From Klebsormidium nitens (lineage: Eukaryota > Plantae > Klebsormidiophyceae), in NCBI GenBank assembly GCA_000708835.1, contig DF237009.1, positions 1 through 64,000 of the forward strand: DNA of 64,000 bases. The letters are read 5' to 3'. The notes under the pieces are model-generated. The model worked only from the letters and a program-made list of their open reading frames with translations, had not been told where the DNA came from and made no database searches. Shown here in pieces: positions 53,053-64,000 of the stretch. The position numbers were made by a program, and so were the translations under genes. Positions within the stretch are counted from its first letter, which is position 1, and each line of letters starts with the position of its first letter.

Positions 53053-53688
53053 CTCGAGCTCTTGGGTGCTTGTGTCAGCCTGCAGTCTTAGACGCATATT
53101 CAAAAGGACACTTGCAGAGACGACGGTATTAACCTGCTCACGCTAAGTTCTCGGCTCAATGGGACGTATCGTGAGATGCACGCATCCGCCTCAAAAGTAG
53201 TACGGTCTAATGCAAGCTCTCAGATCATTCCACGGCCATCTTATCCGGAGACTTTTGAGGTAACAATGCACAAGCTGCAATATACGAGCACTGAGCGATG
53301 GTGTTCAAGCTTACCACATGCACACAAAAGTTTAGTTTTTGTTGTAAATCCACCGTCAAGCAGTTGGTGATTTTCATAGGTTTGAAGAGACGGTGACCCA
53401 AATCAACTCATGATTGTTCCAATAGCAGTTAAATCGTATTTAGCTCGATCTTTTTCCCTCATCGTAACCATCGAACCGTCGTACTTCTTGCGGAAGGTGA
53501 TCATGCACCTTTATCATGCCATCCAATCCAGTTATGCAGGATGCCAGCACTAACCACACATACCATCACGCCAGACACGCCCTTGGAACGCCTGACATCA
53601 AAAAGCGACATGCTCAAAGTCTCGATACATCGTGTGAACGATCATACCGGCGTTCGTTCTCAACAGCCATGAAACAAGACCCGTCGAT

Positions 53689-56600
53689 TCAGTTTGTCCT
53701 CGACTTGTCTGCAGGATGCATGGGCCCAATATACTGTTCGAGCGACCTGGAGAATACCTCGTAGATCAGAGTCAACGGCCTTCCGTCATGGTAGAATACA
53801 TAGTGCCGGCTCCAGAAAGGCCCAGGAACCCCGAAAGCCCTGCACAACATTTCCTTACATCAGTTTGAATACGAAGAGGAAAACCTCAGCCAAACAGGAC
53901 GTGCTCATCTGAACCAAGGTATAGCTTTTGGAAAGCTCGTGTCAACTTCGTACGGGCATCGCAGAAGAGGCCCAAAATCTGGAGGCCATCCTGGGACGTC
54001 TGTCGCGAAACAGGTTCATACGGCAGTTTTGGAGGGCACCTCGGTGTTAAAGCTCTTCCGAAATTGTGAGTCAGATCAACGTGCGCTTCAGTCAGCTCCT
54101 TTCGTGGAAAACTCTTCCCTTGGAGTGTATTCTTACCGGATTCCGGTTCTTATGCAAGCGAGCGAGTCCTCACCTCTCTAGTTCGTCCGAAAATCCGAGA
54201 TACAGCCGCTGCACGTCCCGGTAGAGCTCCGCCCGCGTCTCGCTCAGGTTAACCCAGATGGGTTTCTGCACTTCCTTCAAATAACCCCGCACCTCCCGGG
54301 CGGACCACCAGGACGCCGCGTACACTAGGGGCTGCCCGTCCGCCGTCCGCAGCCAGACCTGCGAATGCGGGACTGGGTTTCTGAACGGAGACTACAATAA
54401 GCCGCAACAATGGCCCATTCGCGCCCCAAAGGCTTCTTTCCGACAGTTCATTGAGATGTATAAGCAGGATACATTATTTCCGTTAAAACTGAGACAGCTA
54501 TTTTAGGATGTTTCGAAGACAACTCTTGTCCCCTTCTCATGTCAGGCCGTCCGTGCACGAAGCAGGTTCAGGCCGGGCTCGCTGAAACCAATGACGGCCA
54601 TTGAGGTCTTCTTATTTGAGGAAGAAGGCTCTGAAGACGACGTTCGGCCCTATGTCGGAATAGTCAAGCCCATGAAGACGGCACATTTCCAGGTGGTTAG
54701 TGCGACTAGCGTCAGTGGGAGGGTTTTACGAGCAAACACTTCTCACCTGTCGCTGCACCCGCGGGCCCGGCACGAGCTCCGCTCCCGGCGGCAGGCCTGC
54801 GAGGTCGTCCCCGATCTCCGCCATCTGGAAGCAGTCCGCGGTCACGGAGCCAAAGTCGGACAGCAGCTGCAGGCAACGGAAGGCAGAGGTGTCACACTCA
54901 GAAACAATCTTTGCAGTTGGCTTGCAGTGGGTCAAAATATTGCAATACCCGTACCCTCGTGACGCCTGGGCAGATTTTTGCCCAATAATTATTTTCATCC
55001 ACTTTGCGAATGGGGCACACGATTTTACCAATTTCCCGATGTTCGGAGAATTGGGCAAAAGTAATTTTTTTGTCATTTCTGCTGCTTTGAAGCAGGAAAA
55101 CAGGCTTAAAAGGCTTGTAAAAGGAGGCAGATAATTTTCTAAATTTTGAAAACACTGGGCAAATTTTGGCCAAGACTTTCAAAATTTTGGGCACATCTCG
55201 AAATACCTATTTTCTGCCCAAGCGTCGCGGGGGTACGGTAGCTGTGTGGCGTAAGCATAGAAAGCCGGATGTTCAAAGCGTCAGTGTCGGAAGCAGTCCG
55301 CGGTTACGGAGCCAAAGTCGGACAGCAGCTGCGGGCAACACATGGCACATTTGTTGCAGTGACAGATGCTCATTGCAGTGGTTGGGAGATTGCAGAACCG
55401 CGGTTCAGGTCACGAGAAGCCCCGACAGTCGGATCTATAGTGCTGAAAGCAGCAAGAGACGGTCCTGACTGCCAGACGGCAGACCGGAGAGCCGAAGCTT
55501 TGCAGAGGGTAAGAAGTCGCCAAAACAGCCCGGCCAAGTTCGGTCGGAGTAAAAGCCCGGAGTTTAGAAAGAACGTGTGCTTTCAAAAATCAGTTGAATT
55601 TTAGAGCGGGAGACGAAAGTCTTCCAGTCACTCCCGCCTAAGAGAGAACAGAATAAAATGAGGGGCGCTAAAAACGCGGCAGACAGCAGAATCAAACAAT
55701 CCGTTTTATAAAGCCGTACAGCACAGGTGTTGGCTTGCCCCCCTTGTTAAAGTTGCCCGTGCTCTTTCCTGTTTACACCCTTCTCCCGGGGGCGACCCAG
55801 GGCACAGAATCTCTTCCCGGGTTAGAGCGCCATGACGTGTCAGCCTCCTTACTTTTCCTTGACCTTAGTTTAGCTGCATACTTACCGACTTATCCCCGAA
55901 GCGTTTCACGGCAAAAGTCGCATAGCATCACGCCCAGGTTTCACGGGCGACTCGTACTGTGTGTCTCAAGAGCTTCGGATCGCCCTGACTTGAAGAACAC
56001 GTGCTCAACGGGTTTACCTGTAGGTGCCGTGTGACAGAGCCGTCGCTGAGCAGAAGCACGCGCCATGCAGGCGCCAGCATGCGGCGGAGGTGCTCGTCAC
56101 GGAGTGCGTCCTGCTCCGAGGCCTGCAGAGAACAAGCGGGAGAGGTGGTCGAAGTTGCCTCGGAAGTATAGATCGATATAATTCTGCATAACTGACCACA
56201 AGACTGTCGAAATCTGCGACAAGGCATGAGTATGCGCCATGAAGGCGCCAGCGGCGGAGGTGCTCGTCGTGCAGGGCGTCCTGCTCCGAGGCCTGCAGGT
56301 CCAACCGCAATCAGAGAACGATTGTTGGTAGGACTGTGCAATTTCGAAAAGTTGTTTGCAGACCTGTTCACAAGGCAGGAGCTGCGGGAGGCCCAAGAAG
56401 GTGCTTGGCGCAAAAAGTATTCTGCTAGAAAAGCTTACGACGAGTATGCAATATTTATCGAGTGCTTGTTGCAAATCGGAAAGTGACCTCGTGCGACATT
56501 CTTGGACCCGTGCGAAGAACGTGTGGAGGCACGTGAATCGTAAAGGAACTCGTGCAAGATGTACGTGTATGTAGCAAGAGACGCAATTGAGCGAGAAGCA

Positions 56601-58086
56601 GACCTCAAAAACCCAGCCTATGTAAGAAGACTCTTGTCTGCACACCACGAATGCAGGCGAGTTCACTAACTTGACAACAGAGAGTTTATTGAAAAGTTAG
56701 TTGATCAAAAAAGCTGTCGAAGGAATCAGTCCTTGCTGCGCACACTACATAGGCAGCAAATGATGGTGGGGAATACGGTATCTGGATCAGTTCCTATCTT
56801 GACCTTTCTGAGAGGACTAACTGACAAGTAACCAGGCTTTCAGAAAGTCACCTTCTCCAGTGTCCAATACTAGACTCAAGCCAGACTCAGGGGATGGCTC
56901 TCAACAAAAGCCTTGGGATGCCGCGCTTTGCACCTTGAGAACGTAAATCGGAGTACCTAAAGTATCTTGGAAGCTCTTGAAAGCTCGTCACCAAGCTGTT
57001 CAGTAAACAAGGGAGCTCCACGTCACGTTTCTTTTCAGATTAAAGACACACACGTCCTACCAGCTTGCTCAACTGCGGCACAAGTCTGGAGATTGAAAAA
57101 TGTCTTTGGAGTTGGACAGATTCAGGGTGTTTGAGGTCTGACTACTTTCACTGGCAGCCAGGGCTGGTCTATGTGAGGTGTTAAGTGTGTCAGACACCAT
57201 TTGAACTTCTAAAGTAGAGCTAGTGTGATGTTGTGAGGAGGAGGAGCAGAAAAGGCCTATTCAGTAACAGTATTGATACTTCTTGTTAAAAGCGGTCTGC
57301 CTTACATAGATGGCTTAGAGATCTAATCGAAACCAACCAGCGATTTTTGAGTAGCCCAAGGCTTGTTGCTTTGAACACGAGTGGTTGACCCAGAGCAGTC
57401 TTTATAGCTGAACAAGAGAAGGAGGGCAACCCGACTGTTGTGCCTCAAGCTGTCTTCTGTGAACCAAACGGGGTGCAGGCGACGAGACTTACCTGCCAGA
57501 TAGGTTCCACTGGAAACCAGGGTGCCGCTCGTCTGCCTTCTGCCATCTCAAGCAGTGTCTCCTTCTCCGTTTCGCTACTTCCTCCTGATTGCCATCGTCC
57601 ATTCTCCTCATTCTGTGCTTGATAGCTTGTTCCAACTTCTGAAGGATCTGGAGTACTCGGGCGACGAGCCAACCCCTCTAAGTCATTGCTTGTTCCATTA
57701 TCTGCTTCTGGAGGATTTTTCAGCGAAGAAGTAGATCCACTCTCCAGGCCCATGCACATCACCACCCCAAACCTCTCCATTGCATCAGTTTTTGACCTCT
57801 TGAGCACCTCGTTGTTTTTGATGATGGGGCTGTGAAATGCAGTGAGACCAGTCTGTTTACCAGAAAATTGCTTAGCGCTATCAACGCCGCTTAAAGGATC
57901 AGCATGTAGTCGGCCCTTGCCTGGCATTACAGCTTGCCTACGCGCCATTCCAAATGCGTCGCTCTGAATGGAGAGGATTCCGAGCCTTGGGCCCCCATGT
58001 GTCTGATGGAGGTGGTGGTCGATTGAACAAAGCTGCGAGTTGACTCTGTCAATTACTTGCTGAAAGCCAAGCCCTGCTTTTGCCAT
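53689..58086 (-). CDS. DUF98/Ycf21-type chorismate pyruvate-lyase-like protein with long N-terminal (transit-peptide-like) extension (5 exons, ~384 aa)
   Basis: Exons 58086-57493, 56122-56018, 54866-54747, 54358-54174, 53839-53689. Motifs PAWRVLLLSDGSVTRHLQLL, RQVWLRTADGQPLVYAASWW, PIW..L...RAELYRDV, GPFWSRHYVFYHDGRPLTLIYEVFS follow the cyanobacterial DUF98 pattern. The start codon is the first in-frame ATG and is provisional. Confidence 0.88.
54948..55238. mobile_element. Tc1/mariner-type (pogo/Tc2-like) MITE, 291 bp, TA target duplication, in intron 2 of the DUF98 gene
   Basis: TA at 54946-54947 and 55239-55240. TIRs (C)CCGTACCCTCGTGACGCCTGGGCAGA versus reverse complement CCGTACCCCCGCGACGCTTGGGCAGA match at 23/26. 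AT-rich interior with repeated TGGGCA motifs. Confidence 0.8.
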
Positions 58087-58880
58087 CGCTGGTTGCAATT
58101 CAAAACAATTGGCGGCGCGCGGCACCCGGCAGCACTCAAGCACTCAAGCATTCAAGCACGATCAGGCGTGCAATCGACCACTTGCCTTCGAACCTTAGCA
58201 TACTGCTTCAGAGCCAACTGGTTGTTTGTCGCTGCGCATATGATGCTCTTAGCTGGAAAAGAGGCTACGCAACCCTGATCAGCAGCTGCTGCGCTATAGT
58301 GCTGCTGGCACTGCTGATCAGCCATTCTGCACTGACAGCATGACGGTGATGCATTGATGGACAGAGAGAGAGTCTTGCAAGTTGTGAAGGGCTTTCTCCG
58401 CAAGTTGACACCATACTATGCGAACCCTTTCCCAGGGAGCTGTTAGGAAGACCCTGAGGACAGCCGGTTCGTTTGGTGTATATTTGACTTCAATAACGTT
58501 TCATCTACAGGACAGACATTGAATGCAGCGTTCCCTGCAGAAGCCGGCACAAGACGTTCTCCGCTTCTTCACACGGCACTAAGTGCCCGAGCGACCTAAT
58601 CCAAGAGTGTCAAAGGGCGCAGCTGGGGAAGCTCTAGCACGAACTTTGAAGATACATGTGTTCTGTCAAATCTGAACAGCATGTTTGCAGCATTCATAGA
58701 GTTGACCATCTGAAGAGGCAGCTGCTAGTAGTAGTGCTGGCGCATCCGTTATAAGACTGCTCACGCTGCTGGATTGCCTACAGGTGGTTGTCGCCTGCGA
58801 AAGCAAGGTGTTTTAACAATCTGCATCTTGCTTGCAATCACATTGGGCGCAAATTCAAGCAGAGGGCGGGGACAGCAAAG

Positions 58881-60199
58881 ATGCAGAGGGCAGCGGTGCA
58901 GAGGTGCCCGAAGGGCAATAGCTTGGGAGCATCGCTTGACACAGGGCTGCAACCAGTGCCTCGAAGCCATTGTGGCGCCACCTTGAGCGGATGCAAAGTC
59001 TGGTCGTCACATCCTCGGTGCTTGAGACAGAAGAAGCGTTTGAGCCTTGTCTCTCATGGAGTCAGGGAGGACAACACCACATTTTCTTTCACAGGTCAAG
59101 CTAAGCACCCGTCGCGCAAAGCACAGGTCACAGCAACAGGGGAAGAGACGAGCAACGGTTATGTGTCTTCGGAAGTTCGTCACAACGTGTTGAACCAGTC
59201 AAATGGAGGCAATCGGCCGGGCGGCCCCGGCTCGTCTAGTGGAGAAGTAGAGGTAGAGGGGGCGCAAAAAGCAGCCTCTAGGGGGACAGCAGGAGACTTG
59301 ACAGCAGAGCAAAAGGCTGCTCTTCAAGCGCTGGATGCGCAGCTGAATACGCTATCGGATAGCGACCCAAAGGCTGGGCAACTGAGTGCCCGGAGGAAGT
59401 TCGCAGAGGATTTGGCTAGGAAAAGTGGTAAGCCTCTATGCCTCTGTGATTGGTGTGAGTGTTCTGAATCATCAGGTCGTAAAAATCCCCATTCCCTATG
59501 TGTATATCTGCAATGAATCAGCCATGCCATGCTTCCAAGCAGAAATCAAGGAGAGTCGATTTGTGGTTATGCATGTACGAGGCGCAGTGAGGACGCCGAG
59601 AGTAGCCGGCCTTCAGCGTTCTGGAAAATCGTTTTCTTGATTGAAATCAAGATAGTATGGTGTAGCTTTGATCACTTAGCAAAGTCGAATCATCAAGGCC
59701 TGTCACAGAAACCACCAAGTAGTCATGTTCAGAGTTCAGATTATGTTGCATTCACAAAGCAAAGAAGCACATTGGCACGTGAGTCAGCACCTCTCTTTGT
59801 TGTCGACATGGGGGGTGGCAATTGCTACAAGAGGCGCGGCCACGCAGCAAACTCTGGAGTATGATTTTGGAGTATGATTTTGCAGGTAGAGCAGTCCCTT
59901 CGGAGTCCCCCCCATCCAAACGAACGCTAGCTGGGGACTACCTTGATAGCGCTGCCTGGGATCAGAAAGTGGCGGCTGACAAAGGTTTCGAATTAGACGA
60001 CAGTTTCTTGGCCTACACGGGAGCTGCCCTGCTGGTCCTCACCGTCGTGACGAATCTTTTCTTGAATAAGTTCTTCCCTCTTCCGACCAAGGCACAGGTT
60101 AAGGAGATGCGAAGAAAAGATGAGGCCATGATGTCTCGTGGAAGGTTTGACACCCAAGACACAGACCTGAGTTCAGCACCTCCTTTACGAGACTCATAG
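58881..60199 (+). CDS. Uncharacterised protein with one C-terminal transmembrane segment, possibly plastid-targeted (2 exons, ~286 aa)
   Basis: Exons 58881-59427 and 59886-60199 (GTAAGC...TTTTGCAG, phase 1). S/R/K-rich N-terminus. Hydrophobic segment FLAYTGAALLVLTVVTNLFL. Confidence 0.7.
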
Positions 60200-61140
60200 A
60201 GTTCCAATCTCTGACAAGTTTGTCGAGCGGGGCAGCGTTGATTTGTAGACTAGAGTGAATCTGAAGAGTACAACCAATCCTTTGCACAAACGACAGTCTT
60301 CTTTGGATTGCGTTATGATCGCAGATGAGGAGCTGAGCGCTTGCTTTGAATCGTCATGGGGTGCGCACCATTGCAGGCTGGACTTCAAGTTGTCGTAATG
60401 GAATGATGGCGGTAGTGCATAAATACTATTGAATCGTCGCACTGAACCGCATCGCGTGATCACATTTTGTGCATGTGTATCAATGCACAGATTGCATGGC
60501 CTGATCTATAATGTCATATACGTGTCACTGCTTGGCCGGGCCGGCATCGCAACCCAGCGGCCGCCGCACAGCTGCATATATATCATATGCGATCATATGC
60601 AACCATGAACAATTATGAAGAAATGGTGCGCTAGAATGATGTTTGCCATGGCTATTCGATGACTTGATAAAGATGTAACTGAATGACCATGCATGCATGA
60701 CAGCTTGCGCGCGGCTTCAGCACTATGCATATATGCAGCCGCCAGCATTATTGATAATCGCGATGCATCATGTCGACTTAAGCATGACCCGGCACGTCGG
60801 ACCATGAGGGACAGCATGCTTCATGTACCAAGGCCGCCAGCTCTTAAGCATAAACTTAAGCAATCAGTGCCTGGCCGCAGCAATCATAGATGATACCAGA
60901 CGTGATTACATATACTAGGTAGCCTGATTGACAGATGGAAAGGACAGGCACTGCACGTGAAAATGATTGAAGCAATCTAGCTATACCCTGCATGTATATA
61001 AAAATCTACGATCTTGTGGCGTCAATCAAATATGGGCATGCATATCTGGCTTGCAGGCATGCTGTTATCGCAGAACAATCACCAATCTCATAGAAAGCCC
61101 CAGCAGAGACAAACCGGCATAAGATACAACAACTGGAGCC

Positions 61141-64000
61141 TTAGACGTTGACGACATCGTTTGTCTGTGGCGGCATGTTGTCCAGGATCCTTCTCTGCAC
61201 GCTCTTTGCTACCTCCACAATACTGCGAGATGCTTTCTCTGTGGCAGTCTCGGCGAGCTTGATCATGCGCGTGACTACACTGATGGCGAGCCGTGTCCTA
61301 CGAGAGCTGACAAAGATACTGCAAAGCGCTTCGTCGCGTTGTACCAGGGAGGCCAAGAGAGAGCATGCCTCCCCTCGAAGGGCCGCCCTGCAAAAAAAAG
61401 TAAGGCGAGTGTTAGGTAAAGTCATGCTAAAGCCATGTCGTCCTTTGGCAGACCAACGCTGCAATCAAACGAGAAAGAAACATCCCGACTCAAGGATGAA
61501 ATGTGTGACGCTCTCGAACAGATGGAGCGAGCCTGCACAACGTTCCGAATGAAAGCACTCAAAGGGTCGAGAAGTACTCAAGGAGCCCTACAACGAGAAT
61601 GAGAACTGACTAAATCCATAGAAAGGCCTTTTGGTATATATGGCGTTGAATGGATGGAGCCAGACTCAAAAGGGCCCAGAAGGGCAAGTACCACGCTCAG
61701 ATGACGAAACGCAATGCAGAACGCCAGTGTACAGTTTCCAGGGTCACAGGGGGATTGTCCAATCAGACTCAAATCGGCCAAGCTGACGTCACCTCTCGTC
61801 GCCACTGCAGTCCGCCCCCTCCGCTTCTCCGCGCAGCTCCTCGTCGAGCACGTCCAACAGCCGGGCCACGATCGGCGGCTCAGCTTTGTCTACGTCACCC
61901 GACACGTGCCTGGCCTCCGCGTCCGGCCCGGCGTCCGTCGCCCCGGGCCCCAGCTGCGGCGTCGGTTCCCGCACGTCAGACTCGTTTCTCCCCAAACTAG
62001 TTAGCAGCCCCGCACAGTTGTCGGACAACCCGTGGACGAATGCCAGGAGCTGCACGGCGGCGTGTTTGAGAACCGGGTCCTTGGTTTCCGGCCCCAGGCA
62101 TGCGGCCACAGCCGAAAAGAGGCTCGTCGCGCCGCCCGGGGAATCGCCCGGTCCGCTCGTGCTCGGGTCCGTCTCCGGCCGCTTGCTGGTCGCTTCGGAC
62201 GCCCGAGTGCCATCCGAAACTTTGCCGCCACCGTCCGAAACCTTCCCGGGACCGTCCGAAACTTTTCCGCCGCCGTCCGAAGGTTTTCCGCCCTCGTCCG
62301 AAAATACGAAACTCACCAACGGCGGCGACTCGCAGAGAAGGTGCACTACGTGTAAGGCGACCCCCCGCACAGGGGGCGGCGACTCCAGTCCTATGAGAGG
62401 CTCAAGTTTCCGTTCCGTTACAAGGAACGCTAGTTCCGTCCATTGCGTCGCCGGTACGTGCGCAACGAGCAGACCTAGCGTCGAAGCGGCCTCAAACTGC
62501 GCGCGGGGGTCCTCGGCTTCGACGGCCAATTCGATCAGCCGGTCAAAGAAGGCGCAGTCGATCGGGGCGCCATCGCGGCCGCTGCCACTGGCGGCGAACC
62601 TCGATGCGACACGTGTCCCTAACTCGGTGACTCCACTCGGCCCTGGATCGGACTCCACAGTGGCTTTGCCTTTGCCATTCCTCTGACGGCCGCTGACGTC
62701 AGCAGAGGAAGCGGCAGCGTGCGCCTTGCTTGCGGGTCCTATTTTTACTCTACTTGACAAGCGGGCTTGTGAATTGACGCTGCTAAGTGGTACATGAGAA
62801 TCTGATCCTATCTGTGCCGTTGCCTGTGTGGTGGGAGTGCTAGGTTGAATTGGAACCCAGTTTGCCCCCAGGGGAGTCGCGGCTGCTGACCCAAGAACCG
62901 TGAATCGGGTTGTCGCGTCCAGCCGCAAGAGAACTCGCAAGACTCGTAGGGAAGCGTACACGCTTGTCGGCTGCAAAAGTACAACAGCATTAATCAGAAG
63001 TTCTTCGCGAACCTGAACTGTTCGTTGATGCCCGCACCTGCACCCGCTGATGCTCTCGCACGTTGCGTGTACTTCCAGGTTCCTTTGAACGACACGACAC
63101 CGATAAAAAAAGCAGTCCCTTTCCAGCATACTTTTCGACGTGTTTTTGCGATCTGTAGTTTGCCGCAACCTGATACTTTCTAGGCAGCGCTAAGGAACTT
63201 CCTAACGAGCTACGTGAGATATACTGAAGTTTCCGGCTGATTATATCCGTTGAGCGAAAGGATCCAGTACGGACAACTCTGAACCGTTGATTCTAGTGAG
63301 AATAAGGATCATGTATTGGACGAGAAAAGAGTGAAGATGCTCGTAAGCAGCTACGCCGCAGCCTCCGAAATATTTGGTGCTTCACCTTCTTGGAGTCCAG
63401 CGCTGCTCTCAGTGGAGAGAAGAGCGTTGCGACGGGTTTAAGGCCGTTCATAACCTGCGCGCAGAAACAGAAAAGTGTTGATCAGTTTGTAAGCGTCCAA
63501 CGGAGTCAATAACAGACGGAGTCAGCGCAAACAGTACCCTCCAAGACGTTATGAACAGCGTGCCATCGCAATTTTGCGTGGAGTCGTCAAAAGATCTTTC
63601 CGGAAGTTCAAGGTGATACGAACACCTGGTCAGGTGCAGATCCCAGCCTCTATGATTGGATGCAACTAATTGCCATGAACCCTCGTGAACCCTCGTGCTG
63701 TTCGAGAGAGGCTTGAGCCCCATCAAAGCAGGACCTTCAAGACAGCCTTTCTCGCAAACCTCAAGTCTTCCAGCTCAAAATCCTAGGCGCACATGTCACA
63801 CCTCGTCCTTACCTTCACAAAAGCATCACGAAAGGCCTCCCTCTCGCTGACCACATCCACATCCATCGCCTGCCCTTCGCCCGACGATTCCGCCAAAACC
63901 CCCATCAAGCTCGACGCAGCTTTCCGTCCATCCGCTGCAACCCCGTTCCGCTCCGCCCCATCCCCCCCGGAAACCAACCCGAACACGTCCCCCGCCGCAA
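61141..64000 (-). CDS. 3' part of a large helical-repeat (ARM/HEAT-like) protein; gene continues beyond the window
   Basis: Last exon 61387-61141, large exon 62970-61793 (phase-2 join gives ...GDE-R-AALRGEAC...), and exon from beyond 64000 to 63813. Helical L/V/A-rich segments such as PPVRGVALHVVHLLC and DPVLKHAAVQLLAFV. Small exons between 63813 and 62970 are unresolved. Confidence 0.65.
62211..62303 (-). repeat. Coding 21-bp minisatellite (GGKVSDG-type units)
   Basis: Translates as KPSDGGGKVSDGPGKVSDGGGKVSDG within the large exon. Confidence 0.85.

Noticed and set aside
61886-62686. Long antisense ORFs here and opposite other GC-rich exons (e.g. 7894-8778, 14079-14501, 34784-35380)
   Set aside because: Shadow frames of high-GC coding sequence, with no independent motifs or splice support.

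Overview
This is eukaryotic, intron-rich nuclear DNA with GC-rich exons and GT-AG introns of roughly 0.1-1.4 kb. The gene set (plastid IF2, ARC5/DRP5B, AMI1-type amidase, RIT1, EID1-like F-box) points to a streptophyte green alga, Klebsormidium-like by inference. By hand I could splice nine multi-exon genes: plastid IF2 (-), an uncharacterised 8-exon gene resembling a bacterial domain (+), an amidase (-), RIT1 (+, with a GC-AG first intron), a CaMKK/GRIK-like kinase (+), ARC5 (-), a DUF98/chorismate-lyase-like gene (-), a 2-exon single-TM protein (+) and the 3' part of an ARM/HEAT-like gene (-). The left end holds a hAT-like MITE followed by two intronless, disrupted F-box genes. Two patterns are not explained by the gene annotation. 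(1) Three small fold-back elements have unrelated inverted arms and different target-site duplications, yet share the same degenerate telomere-like core. (2) Degenerate copies of exon ends with their splice sites (splice-junction echoes) recur in the neighbouring introns of five genes, several as AG|GT sites and some in frame. There are no supported rRNA, tRNA or CRISPR features. All family calls come from recognising motifs by eye, not from database searches.
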